From Candidatus Caccousia avistercoris (GTDB lineage: Bacteria; Bacillota; Clostridia; Oscillospirales; Acutalibacteraceae): DNA of 55,377 bases. Positions 10,203 to 18,005 of this stretch are shown here, piece after piece. The position numbers were made by a program, and so were the translations under genes. The stretch spans positions 1 to 55,377 of the forward strand of contig DVMK01000134.1 of assembly GCA_018715025.1 (NCBI GenBank). Reading direction: 5' to 3'. Below the pieces are notes generated by a model that saw only the letters and a program-made list of their open reading frames with translations, did not search any database and had not been told where the DNA came from. The stretch's first letter is position 1. Each line of letters starts with the position of its first letter.

Positions 10203-12584
10203 GGTGCGCGCAGGGGCTGCGCCCTCCCGCAGGCCGCGGCCCCTGACCCGACCCGCCAGGGCGTAGGCGCAGCCGCAGGCGGCGGCGGAAAAGGCGAGCA
10301 GAAGGGGCAGGGCCAGCGCCATGGGCAGGGTGAAAGGCGCGGGAAAGAAAAGGGAGGGGAACAGCGCCGCGGTGAGAAGCGCCAGAGCCCCCAGGCAAAG
10401 GCACAGGGCCGCCCGCAGGGAGGAAAGGGGGCGGCCTAAATGGAACAGAACCAGAAGGCCGGAAACGATCTGCAGCATCATGGCCAGTTCTTCCCCCTGC
10501 CCATGGGACAGGCCCAGAAAACGGGAGACGGAAAGAAGCGCCAGCTGGCCCGCCGCCATGGAAATTCCCCCCGGCAGGGCTTCCCACAAAACGCCGGGCA
10601 GGAAATCCTCCGGCGGGGAATCCGGGCAGGGGGCCAGGGCCAGCGCCAGTGCGGGAATCCACACGGTGAACAGGCCTGCCAGGGCAAGCTGGGCAGGGGA
10701 GGGGACGGCCGCCTGGGGAAGGGCCAGGGCGCAGAGGGCGGCCACGGCGGAAAACAGGCCGTTTGCCAAAAACAGGGCGGCGGGCCGCCGTACCTGCCAG
10801 TAGGCCCGCCGCCCGGCCTCTGCGGCGCGAAGCAGGCCGCCCAGGCCGGGCCCCCGCAGAAGAAGCCCGGCCTTGTCCCGCGCCGCGCCGCTCCCGCAGG
10901 CCATGGCGGCGGCGCAGCCGCCTTCCGCCAGCGCCGGAGCGTCGTTGTCCCCGTCCCCCACAACGGCCGTCCGCAGGCCCTTCTTCCTCCAGGCCCTCAC
11001 CAGTGCCTGCTTCTGCCAGGGGGCGGCAGAGCCGAAAACCGTATACCGGCCCGCCGCCTCCTCTACGGCCTCCTCTGTGGCCAGGGCGGAAAGATCCGCG
11101 CTGTTTTCCGCCCCAGGCAGCCCCGCCCTTTTGGCGGCCAGAACTGCCGCCGCCGCGCGGTCCCCTGAGACAATTTTTACCGCCGTGCCGCGGGCGGCAA
11201 AGCAGGAAAGCGTTTCCGCAGCGCCCTCCCGCAGCTTTTCCCGCAGGAGGACAAGGGCCAGCGGCAGCAGCCCGGCGGGCAGATCTCTTCCGGAAAGCGG
11301 CTGGGGGGAACGGGCCAGCAGGAACACCTGGAAGCCCTGCGCCTCGTACCGGGCCGCCTTTTCCTCCAGCCGGCTCCGACGGCCGGAGAGGATCCGCCCT
11401 GCCTCCCCCAGAATATAGCTGCCCCGCCCGGGAAAGAAAGCGCCGCACCAGCCCCGAACGGCAGAGAAGGCGGCGCTCTGCTCTGCCGCCCACCCAGGCG
11501 CAGGCGGCCCGCCCGCCTGCAGGGCCGCTGCGGCGTCGCGGCGGCAGAGGGGGGTCAGGGCGGCCGCCGCGCAGGAAAGCTCCTTCTGCGGAGCAGGGGC
11601 CAGCGGCACGAAGCCCTCCAGCTCCAGCTCCCCCTGGGTGAGAACGCCCGTTTTGTCCAGGCAAAGCACCTGGGCCCCGGCCAGGGCCTGCGCCTGGCCG
11701 GGCTCCTGCGCCAGCACGCCCCCGGCGGCCAGCCGGAAGGCGAGCAGCGTCTCAGCCAGGCACGCAAGCAGCGCCAGCCCCTGGGGCAGGGCTCCGGCAA
11801 GGGCCCAGGCAGCCGCGGCCGCCTGGGCCGGGAAGCTGTCGGGGAAAAGCATCCGCTGGCAAAGGGAAAAGACGCCGGCCAGCAGAAAAAAGGCCGCCGC
11901 TGCCGTCCCAATGTGCCGGAGCCCTTCCGCTGCCGGGGAGGCTTCCGCCCCGCCCTTTTCTTTCTCCCCGGCGGGCGGATCCCCGCCCTCCCCCGTCCGA
12001 TCCGTCTGGGCGCGCACCCGCCCGCTGACCAGCAGGCTGCCCGCTGCCAGCCTGTCCCCTTTCCTTTTCCGAACGGGGACGCTCTCCCCGGTGAGGGAGG
12101 ACTCGTCCGCCTGGCACAGGCCGGTGCGGATCACACAGCCCGCCCGCACACGGCTGCCGCTTTCCAGCAGAACAATGTCGTCCAGCACCAGCCCGGCGGC
12201 GGGAAGAAAAGAGGCGCATCCCTCCCGCACCACCTGCACGGGCGCGTCCTCCTGCCGGATGCGCCGCCCCGCAAGCCTCACCGCCAGGGCGGAAGCCCGG
12301 CTGAGGAGAAAGCAGGCCAGCGGCGCCGCCAGGGGCAGCGCCGCCGCCCAGGAAGCGCCCGAAGCCAGAAGAAACGCCGCGGAAGCAAGGGAGAGAAGCC
12401 AGAGCTGCGGGAGGAAGGGGGCGGCGCGCTTCCGCTTCCCGGTTCCCAGGCTGCCGTTTTCCCCCAGGTAAAGCCCCTGCTCCAGCCGGGCGCGCACCTG
12501 TTCCTCTGTGAGCCCCCGCAGGCAGTCCGGCAGGAAGCGGACGGCGTCCATCTGCCTGGTGTCTCCGCTTTCTCCTTTTTTCAT
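10185..12584 (-). CDS. divergent cation-translocating P-type ATPase (CtpE-like)
   Basis: DESSLTGES, CLDKTGVLT, VSGD, VGDGDNDAPAL, multiple TM segments; several motifs non-canonical. Confidence 0.8.
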   Translation of the reverse strand: MKKGESGDTRQMDAVRFLPDCLRGLTEEQVRARLEQGLYLGENGSLGTGKRKRAAPFLPQLWLLSLASAAFLLASGASWAAALPLAAPLACFLLSRASALAVRLAGRRIRQEDAPVQVVREGCASFLPAAGLVLDDIVLLESGSRVRAGCVIRTGLCQADESSLTGESVPVRKRKGDRLAAGSLLVSGRVRAQTDRTGEGGDPPAGEKEKGGAEASPAAEGLRHIGTAAAAFFLLAGVFSLCQRMLFPDSFPAQAAAAAWALAGALPQGLALLACLAETLLAFRLAAGGVLAQEPGQAQALAGAQVLCLDKTGVLTQGELELEGFVPLAPAPQKELSCAAAALTPLCRRDAAAALQAGGPPAPGWAAEQSAAFSAVRGWCGAFFPGRGSYILGEAGRILSGRRSRLEEKAARYEAQGFQVFLLARSPQPLSGRDLPAGLLPLALVLLREKLREGAAETLSCFAARGTAVKIVSGDRAAAAVLAAKRAGLPGAENSADLSALATEEAVEEAAGRYTVFGSAAPWQKQALVRAWRKKGLRTAVVGDGDNDAPALAEGGCAAAMACGSGAARDKAGLLLRGPGLGGLLRAAEAGRRAYWQVRRPAALFLANGLFSAVAALCALALPQAAVPSPAQLALAGLFTVWIPALALALAPCPDSPPEDFLPGVLWEALPGGISMAAGQLALLSVSRFLGLSHGQGEELAMMLQIVSGLLVLFHLGRPLSSLRAALCLCLGALALLTAALFPSLFFPAPFTLPMALALPLLLAFSAAACGCAYALAGRVRGRGLREGAAPARTKNPPA

Positions 12585-12841
12585 CCTGTTTCCCCCTTTT
12601 CCTCCGGATACCGCTGCTTGGAACAGAAATTTTTTAACATCTTTGAAACGGTTCCCACACAATTTTATTATATGATACAGTCTATGGATTCAGTCTTGTC
12701 CATTTTTTATAAATTCATTCCTGTTTTTTCCTGCAAAAAGTTTAAGCGAATACGATGTTTCACTGGAAATTTGTGGAAACGCTTGGATGATCTTCATAAA
12801 AATGAGGGAAAGGAGGAGGATAAATTCCTGTTTTTTCAATC

Positions 12842-12871
12842 TTGTGCCGCGCTATGGTTCTCCAGTATAAT
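12842..12871 (+). promoter_or_regulatory. sigma-A-type promoter
   Basis: TTGTGC-18 nt-TATAAT. Confidence 0.5.
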
Positions 12872-12879
12872 GAATACCT

Positions 12880-14148
12880 GTGTCAAATCTTGATCCAAAC
12901 CAGAAACGCAAGCGGCAGCTTTCTCTGAAAGGAGTGGTTGTTACGGCGGAAGGATTACGGAAGCTTCGCGCCCAGTACCTGGGTACGAGGGAAAAGGCGG
13001 ACGCCCTGGCGGTGCTTTGCCTGACGGTTTCCATTTTTTTGCCGTTCTATGTGACAACGGCAGTGTGCAGCGTGCTGGCCGTTGTGACCATGATCGATTA
13101 TGAGCGGAGGCAAAAGGCCTTTGCTTCCCTGTATACGCGGGTTCTGCTCGGTTTTTTGCTGGTGCCCTTCTTTGTGGCAGCTATGTATAACAACCTGTGG
13201 GGCCTGCTGGTCTCTTTGATTTTGTACGCGGTGGTAATTTGCGGATTTTATGTGCGCAGCGTAATGACAAGGGCGCTGTTTGCCAAAGCGCTGGACGCCG
13301 CCTGCCTGTGCAGCGTGGGCTGCGCGGCGGCTGCCCTGGCGCAGAAGCTTTGGATGCTGCCCAGCGCGCCGGAATACCGCCCTGTCTCCACCTTTTCCAA
13401 CGCCAACTACTATGGGGCGGTGGTGGAACTGATGCTGCTGGTCTGCCTGTACCGGTGCTTTACCAACCGGCCCGCCCGCAAGTGGTACCTGGCGGCCGCG
13501 GGGGCGAACCTTTTGGGTCTGTACCTGACGGCCAGCCTTTCCTCGGCGGCCGCCGCCTGCTTTGGCGTGCTGGTGTTCCTGGCCCTGCAGCACCGCCGCC
13601 GGCTGGCGCTGTTTGTGGTGCTTGCGGCAGGGGCCTGCGCCCTGCTGGCGCTCTGTTTCCCGGTGCTGTTCCCGCGGGTAGAGTCCATTGACGTGGCCTG
13701 GGGCCAGAGGTTTTCCATATGGAAAACCTCCCTGCTGGGAATCCTGGAGCATCCCCTTCTGGGGCAGGGAGCGGCGGCCTACCGGATTGTAGGCCCCAAA
13801 TATGGGGGTTACATTACCTTCCACAGCCACAATCTTCTTCTGGACGGCCTCCTGAATTTTGGCCTCATCGGTATGGGCGTGTTCGCTTTTTACGGCTTCA
13901 CCCAGGCCAGGCTGCTGCGCCTGCGCTTTCAGAACAACATCGGCCGCAGCGTGAATGTGCTGGCCTTTTCAGCCACCGCCGCCGTGCTGGCCCATGGGGT
14001 TACGGATGTGACCATCTTCTGGGTGCAGACGGCCATGCTGTACCTGCTTCTCATTTCGTCCCTCAGCATGGGGGCCTCCTTCCTGGAACGGGAGCTGGAG
14101 CCCCAGCGCCCCGCCTTTGTGCCCGGCAGCCTTACCTCTGCCTACTAG
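12880..14148 (+). CDS. O-antigen ligase family (Wzy_C) membrane protein; start uncertain
   Basis: polytopic; STFSNANYYG, RFSIW, HPLLGQG, HSHNLLLDGLLNFGLIG, HGVTD. Confidence 0.82.
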   Translation: MSNLDPNQKRKRQLSLKGVVVTAEGLRKLRAQYLGTREKADALAVLCLTVSIFLPFYVTTAVCSVLAVVTMIDYERRQKAFASLYTRVLLGFLLVPFFVAAMYNNLWGLLVSLILYAVVICGFYVRSVMTRALFAKALDAACLCSVGCAAAALAQKLWMLPSAPEYRPVSTFSNANYYGAVVELMLLVCLYRCFTNRPARKWYLAAAGANLLGLYLTASLSSAAAACFGVLVFLALQHRRRLALFVVLAAGACALLALCFPVLFPRVESIDVAWGQRFSIWKTSLLGILEHPLLGQGAAAYRIVGPKYGGYITFHSHNLLLDGLLNFGLIGMGVFAFYGFTQARLLRLRFQNNIGRSVNVLAFSATAAVLAHGVTDVTIFWVQTAMLYLLLISSLSMGASFLERELEPQRPAFVPGSLTSAY

Positions 14149-14178
14149 CCTGCGCCTGCACCGGCGCGGGCCTGCCCT

Positions 14179-14213
14179 GCCGCCGGACGGCTTTCCGCCT
14201 CCGGCGGCTTTTT
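14179..14213 (+). terminator. intrinsic terminator
   Basis: GCCGCCGGA...TCCGGCGGC followed by TTTTT. Confidence 0.7.
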
Positions 14214-14286
14214 CTGCCGGTTTACATTTGGTATGGAAAAACGGCGCGGACTGCTGTATAATATAGAAAAAGGAGTGTGCTGCGCG

Positions 14287-14829
14287 GTGAAAAAACTCTT
14301 GATTGTGGTAGACTATCAAAACGATTTTGTCAGCGGCGCGCTGGGGTTCCCCCAGGCGGCGGCTCTGGAAGAGAATATTTGCGCCAAAATCACGGCGTAC
14401 CGCCGTGCCGGCGACCAGGTGGTGTACACCATGGACACCCACGGCCCCAATTACCCGGAAACCCAGGAGGGAAAGAAGCTGCCGGTTCCCCACTGCCTGG
14501 AGGGGACGGAGGGCTGGCAGCTGTACGGGCGGGTGCGACCCCTTCTGGAGGGCTGCCCTATGTTCCGCAAGCCTGTGTTCGGCAGCGGGGAACTGTTTGC
14601 CTACCTGCAGGAGCATCCCTTTTCCTCCATTGAGCTGGCGGGCGTAGTGAGCAATATCTGCGTCATCTCCAACGCGGTGCTGGCCCGCACCGCCCAGCCC
14701 GAGGCGGAAATCCTGGTGGACGCCGCCTGCACCGCCTCCCACGATCCGGCCCTGCACGAGAAAGCCCTGGACGTTATGGCCGGCCTGCAGGTTTCCATCC
14801 TTCACCGGGACGCGCCTGCCGGCGCGTAG
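14287..14829 (+). CDS. isochorismatase-family cysteine hydrolase (nicotinamidase-like)
   Basis: VVDYQNDF, DTH, PHC...GW, K, NICV triad pattern; GTG start after AAGGAG. Confidence 0.85.
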   Translation: MKKLLIVVDYQNDFVSGALGFPQAAALEENICAKITAYRRAGDQVVYTMDTHGPNYPETQEGKKLPVPHCLEGTEGWQLYGRVRPLLEGCPMFRKPVFGSGELFAYLQEHPFSSIELAGVVSNICVISNAVLARTAQPEAEILVDAACTASHDPALHEKALDVMAGLQVSILHRDAPAGA

Positions 14830-14869
14830 CCCCAGCAGAAAATTTTCAGAAGCAGCGCGAAAATTGTTG

Positions 14870-14898
14870 TTGCATTTCTGCACACAGCGTGCTATAAT
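14870..14898 (+). promoter_or_regulatory. sigma-A promoter of tRNA-Ala
   Basis: TTGCAT-17 nt-TATAAT with TG extension. Confidence 0.8.
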
Positions 14899-14928
14899 AA
14901 ATGGCGTCGCTGAGAAGCGGCGTTATCC

Positions 14929-15004
14929 GGGCCTGTAGCTCAGCTGGGAGAGCGTTCGGTTCGCATCCGAGAGGTCAAGGGTTCGAATCCCTCCAGGTCC
15001 ACCA
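14929..15004 (+). tRNA. tRNA-Ala (anticodon CGC)
   Basis: 76 nt cloverleaf GGGCCTG...CAGGTCC-ACCA, G3:U70 alanine identity pair, loop TT-CGC-AT, GGTTCGAATCC T-arm, encoded CCA. Confidence 0.97.
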
Positions 15005-15008
15005 CCAG

Positions 15009-15049
15009 GCTGAGCCTGGACGCAGTTCGCGTTCCGGGCTCAGTTTTTT
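15009..15049 (+). terminator. tRNA terminator
   Basis: GCTGAGCCTGGA...TCCGGGCTCAGT then T-run. Confidence 0.8.
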
Positions 15050-15107
15050 ATTTTGTCATGCTGCCTATGCTTATAGCGGGTATCATTTTATTAGTGCTTC
15101 TCAATAG

Positions 15108-15161
15108 AGAAAAAGCACAGCACAGTAGAGCCGGTGCTCTTGTGCTGCGCTTTCTTTTTTT
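15108..15161. terminator. second hairpin, bidirectional terminator-like
   Basis: AAAGCACAGCACA-GT-AGAGC-CGGT-GCTCT-TGTGCTGCGCTTT with A-run before and T-run after. Confidence 0.65.
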
Positions 15162-15204
15162 GACTACAGAAATACCACAGACAGGTTTTGTCTTTGGCTG
15201 CTGG

Positions 15205-15237
15205 AAGAGCGCCCTTTTTCGGAAGGGGCGCTTTTTT
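15205..15237 (+). terminator. third terminator-like hairpin
   Basis: AAGAGCGCCCTTT-TTCG-GAAGGGGCGCTTTTTT. Confidence 0.7.
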
Positions 15238-15297
15238 GTTTGCCGTCCTGCAATCGGAGGAGGATTGGATCGCCAGGCTGCCGAAATAAATGGGAAG

Positions 15298-15663
15298 CTA
15301 CAACTCTTGCCACTGAATGCAGGACGGCTTTTCAAGCATGGCGCAAAATTCCCTCATGCAAGAGAACGCGCTGCTTAAACGAATGACTGCGCTAACGTCA
15401 GGCTCCCATTCTTCCCCGGCAGCCATAAAAGACGCTTCCTCTTGGGTTTCATCATTATAGGACAACCACATATCGCCTGTGTCATTTTCAAATTAGGTAA
15501 TCGCCGCATATTCCCCAATGATGCAGACCGCCATATAGGGATTTGACTGTTCCCCTCTAATCCATATTTCACTATTTTCCTGTACCGCTGTCTGCACAAA
15601 GCTTAGTACATCATCTGCTGTCTGAAAAGAAAAATCGCCTTTATCTATGCTGACAAGGAACAT
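15298..15663 (-). pseudogene. Imm1-family immunity protein with in-frame premature TAA at codon 57
   Basis: AAGGAGG RBS, ATG 15663; frame continues past TAA (15493-15495) as FENDTGDMWLSYNDETQEEASFMAAGEEWEPDVSAVIRLSSAFSCMREFCAMLEKPSCIQWQEL-TAG; EF...P.CI.W.EL terminus is Imm1-like; low GC. Confidence 0.72.
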
Positions 15664-15760
15664 AATCGTTTCCTCCTTGAATTCCGATTTGTCGATTTCA
15701 TTAATACCCTTAGTGAACAAGGGCCGGGGGCAACGGTAATTGCTGCACAGCAGCGTACTC

Positions 15761-16828
15761 CTATACGGTTTCGTCATTCCCCTGCGTTTCTCCCTGCGCG
15801 CCGCCCGTTTCTTCCGGGAGGCTTCCGCCCATGGCCTGCAGCGTCTCCTGAAGCCATTGCCGGTACTGCAGGGCCACAGGCTCTGGGGCGAGAAGCCGGG
15901 CGTCCTTCCCGAACCCGGCCAGCCAACCGAAAAACTGGGGGCTCACCGCCACCTGGGCGGAAAAGGAAAAGCGCCCGCCCTCTTCCCGGCGGATGTTGAT
16001 GTCTTTGCCGAAGCGGTCTGACACCGGGCCAATCAGGGAATCGGCAAAGCAAAGCTCTACCCGCTGGGGCTTGCCGCCGAACATGCCGAACACCGCCTTG
16101 CTGTACTGGGCCATGTCGAAATTCCGGAAGCTTTCCTGCCCTTCGCGCTTTTCCTCCAGCACCCGCAGGCCCTCCATCTTGTCTACCCGGTAATGCTTCC
16201 CCTGGCGGGAAGCGCCGTCGTAGCCGATGAGGTAATAATTTTCGTTGTCCCAGGTCAGCGCCCAGGGGCTCACCCGGTATTCCTGCCCGCCGTGCCGGAA
16301 GCGCTTTTCCCGGCAGGAATCCCCCTGGAAGCTCACCACCCACTCAAAATACCGGAAGGCCACCTTCTTTTCCTGCGAGATGGCCGCGTGGATGGTGTCA
16401 ATATTATAATAGATACTCTCGTTCATGGTTTTTACCCGGTTGGCCACATGAACCTGCCTTTGCAGGGATTTGGCCTGCCACTGGCTGGCCAGGCCCTCCA
16501 TTTTGTGGATCAGCGCCCGGGACTTCCCCTCTGTCAGAAAGCGGGAGGACTGCACCGCGTCCACCAGAAGCTTCAGCTCTGCCAGCTCGAACTCGCGGCT
16601 TCCCAAAAAGTAGCCCCGCACCGGCACACCGGCCTTCACCACGTCCACCCCGAACTCCCGCAGGGTATCCAGGTCGTCGTAGATGCTTTTCCGCTCTGCG
16701 GTGATGCCGAACCGTTCCAGCTCGGCCAGCAAATCCTCCATGGAAACGGGATGCTCCTCGTCGCTCTGCCTGCGCAGGTACTCCAGCAGCACCAGAAGCT
16801 TCCGCTTTTGGTTTTTCCCCCGCGCCAT
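15761..16828 (-). CDS. WYL-domain HTH transcriptional regulator
   Basis: N-terminal wHTH (SDEEHP..ERKSIYDDL), VSPWALTWDNENYYLIG, YRVDKM, WCX-like tail (SPQFFGWL). Confidence 0.88.
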   Translation of the reverse strand: MARGKNQKRKLLVLLEYLRRQSDEEHPVSMEDLLAELERFGITAERKSIYDDLDTLREFGVDVVKAGVPVRGYFLGSREFELAELKLLVDAVQSSRFLTEGKSRALIHKMEGLASQWQAKSLQRQVHVANRVKTMNESIYYNIDTIHAAISQEKKVAFRYFEWVVSFQGDSCREKRFRHGGQEYRVSPWALTWDNENYYLIGYDGASRQGKHYRVDKMEGLRVLEEKREGQESFRNFDMAQYSKAVFGMFGGKPQRVELCFADSLIGPVSDRFGKDINIRREEGGRFSFSAQVAVSPQFFGWLAGFGKDARLLAPEPVALQYRQWLQETLQAMGGSLPEETGGAQGETQGNDETV

Positions 16829-16831
16829 GGG

Positions 16832-17890
16832 TCACCTCTCCTCCCAGGGGGTGACGGCCCATTTCAGGCAGCCGTCCTCTCTGGCTTCAAAGACCCGGTA
16901 GCCCTCCAAAATGTCGTTGAGGGGCGCTTTGTGGGTAATGAGGAAGCTCACGTCCAGCCGGCCGGAACGGATGAGCTCCATCAGCCTGGCGCAGTGGACG
17001 GCGTCCACCCCTCCTGTCTTGAAGGTCAGATTTTTTCCATACATGGAGGGCAGGGGCAGGCACTGATCCTCCTCGTACATGGCCACCAGGGCCACCACCC
17101 CGTTGGGCCGGGCGATGCGCCAGGCCGTCTCAAAGCTGGTGGAGCCGCCCGCGGCCTCCACCACGCCGTCGGCGCCCCGGCCCTCTGTGGCAGCGCGCAC
17201 CGCCTGCTCCGGGTCCTGCCTTTCCGGGTTCACAAGCTCGTCTGCCAGCCCCAGGGAACAGGCCAGGGCCAGGCGGCTTTCGTCCACGTCCAGGGCGATG
17301 ATTTTGGATGCGCCGAACAGGCGGGCGCACGCCATGGCGCACAGCCCCACCGGCCCCGCCCCGATCACCGCGGCGGAATCCCCCGGCTGCAGCTGGCACA
17401 GCTCTGCCCCAAAGTACCCGCTGGAGAGGATATCCCCCAGGAACAGGGCCTGTTCGTCGGACACGCCCTCCGGGATCCTGGTGAGGCCCATGTCGGCGTA
17501 AGGAACCCGCACATACTCCGCCTGGCAGCCGTCGATGCGGCAGCCAAGCTCCCAGCCGCCGCGGACGCAGTTGTTGATGTACCCCCGGCGGCAGAACCAG
17601 CATTCCCCGCAGAAGGTGATGCAGTTGGCCGCCGCCCGGTCGCCGGGGCGCAGGGTTTTCACCCCGCTGCCCGCCTGCACCACCCGGCCCACAAACTCAT
17701 GGCCCAGCACCACACCCGGCTTTGCCCGGGGAACGGCCCCGTGCATGATGTGCAGGTCGCTGGTGCATATCGTGGAAAGCGTCACCTGCACAATGGCGTC
17801 CCCCGGCTCCTGCAGCCGGGGCGACGGGCGCTCGGTCAGTTCCAGCCTGCCGCCTTCCCGGCAGACAAGCGCTTTCATGGTTGGTTTCAT
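16832..17890 (-). CDS. zinc-dependent alcohol dehydrogenase (MDR family)
   Basis: CTSDLH, GHEFVG, CGECWFC...C, GAGPVG; RBS GGAGG before ATG 17890. Confidence 0.9.
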   Translation of the reverse strand: MKPTMKALVCREGGRLELTERPSPRLQEPGDAIVQVTLSTICTSDLHIMHGAVPRAKPGVVLGHEFVGRVVQAGSGVKTLRPGDRAAANCITFCGECWFCRRGYINNCVRGGWELGCRIDGCQAEYVRVPYADMGLTRIPEGVSDEQALFLGDILSSGYFGAELCQLQPGDSAAVIGAGPVGLCAMACARLFGASKIIALDVDESRLALACSLGLADELVNPERQDPEQAVRAATEGRGADGVVEAAGGSTSFETAWRIARPNGVVALVAMYEEDQCLPLPSMYGKNLTFKTGGVDAVHCARLMELIRSGRLDVSFLITHKAPLNDILEGYRVFEAREDGCLKWAVTPWEER

Positions 17891-17921
17891 ACGTTTCCTC
17901 CCCGCTTCCCGTTTTTCCTCC

Positions 17922-17950
17922 ATTATACACCCTGGCGCGGCGGCTGTCAC
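17922..17950 (-). promoter_or_regulatory. sigma-A promoter of ADH-WYL unit
   Basis: minus strand GTGACA-17 nt-TATAAT. Confidence 0.7.
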
Positions 17951-17952
17951 CG

Positions 17953-17996
17953 AAAAAGATGGGGCCCGCCTTTGTGCATGGCACAGAAGCGGGCCC
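17953..17996 (-). terminator. terminator after HAD-HD gene
   Basis: GGGCCCGC...GCGGGCCC hairpin then CTTTTT on minus strand. Confidence 0.55.
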
Positions 17997-18005
17997 GGCG
18001 TATGT

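Noticed and set aside
14841-14855. CodY-like box AATTTTCAGAAGCAG upstream of tRNA promoter
   Set aside because: Four mismatches concentrated in one half-site; too weak to call
15058-15378. 106-aa plus-strand ORF after the tRNA
   Set aside because: No RBS, runs through two terminators and overlaps the Imm1 frame antisense
15493-15495. Stop-codon reassignment or selenocysteine/pyrrolysine readthrough in the Imm1 gene
   Set aside because: The codon is TAA, which terminates many ordinary genes in this window; Sec and Pyl use TGA and TAG
14929-15760. Prophage or ICE integrated at tRNA-Ala
   Set aside because: No integrase and no duplicated tRNA 3' end (attR) found by eye; only a ~700 bp low-GC islet
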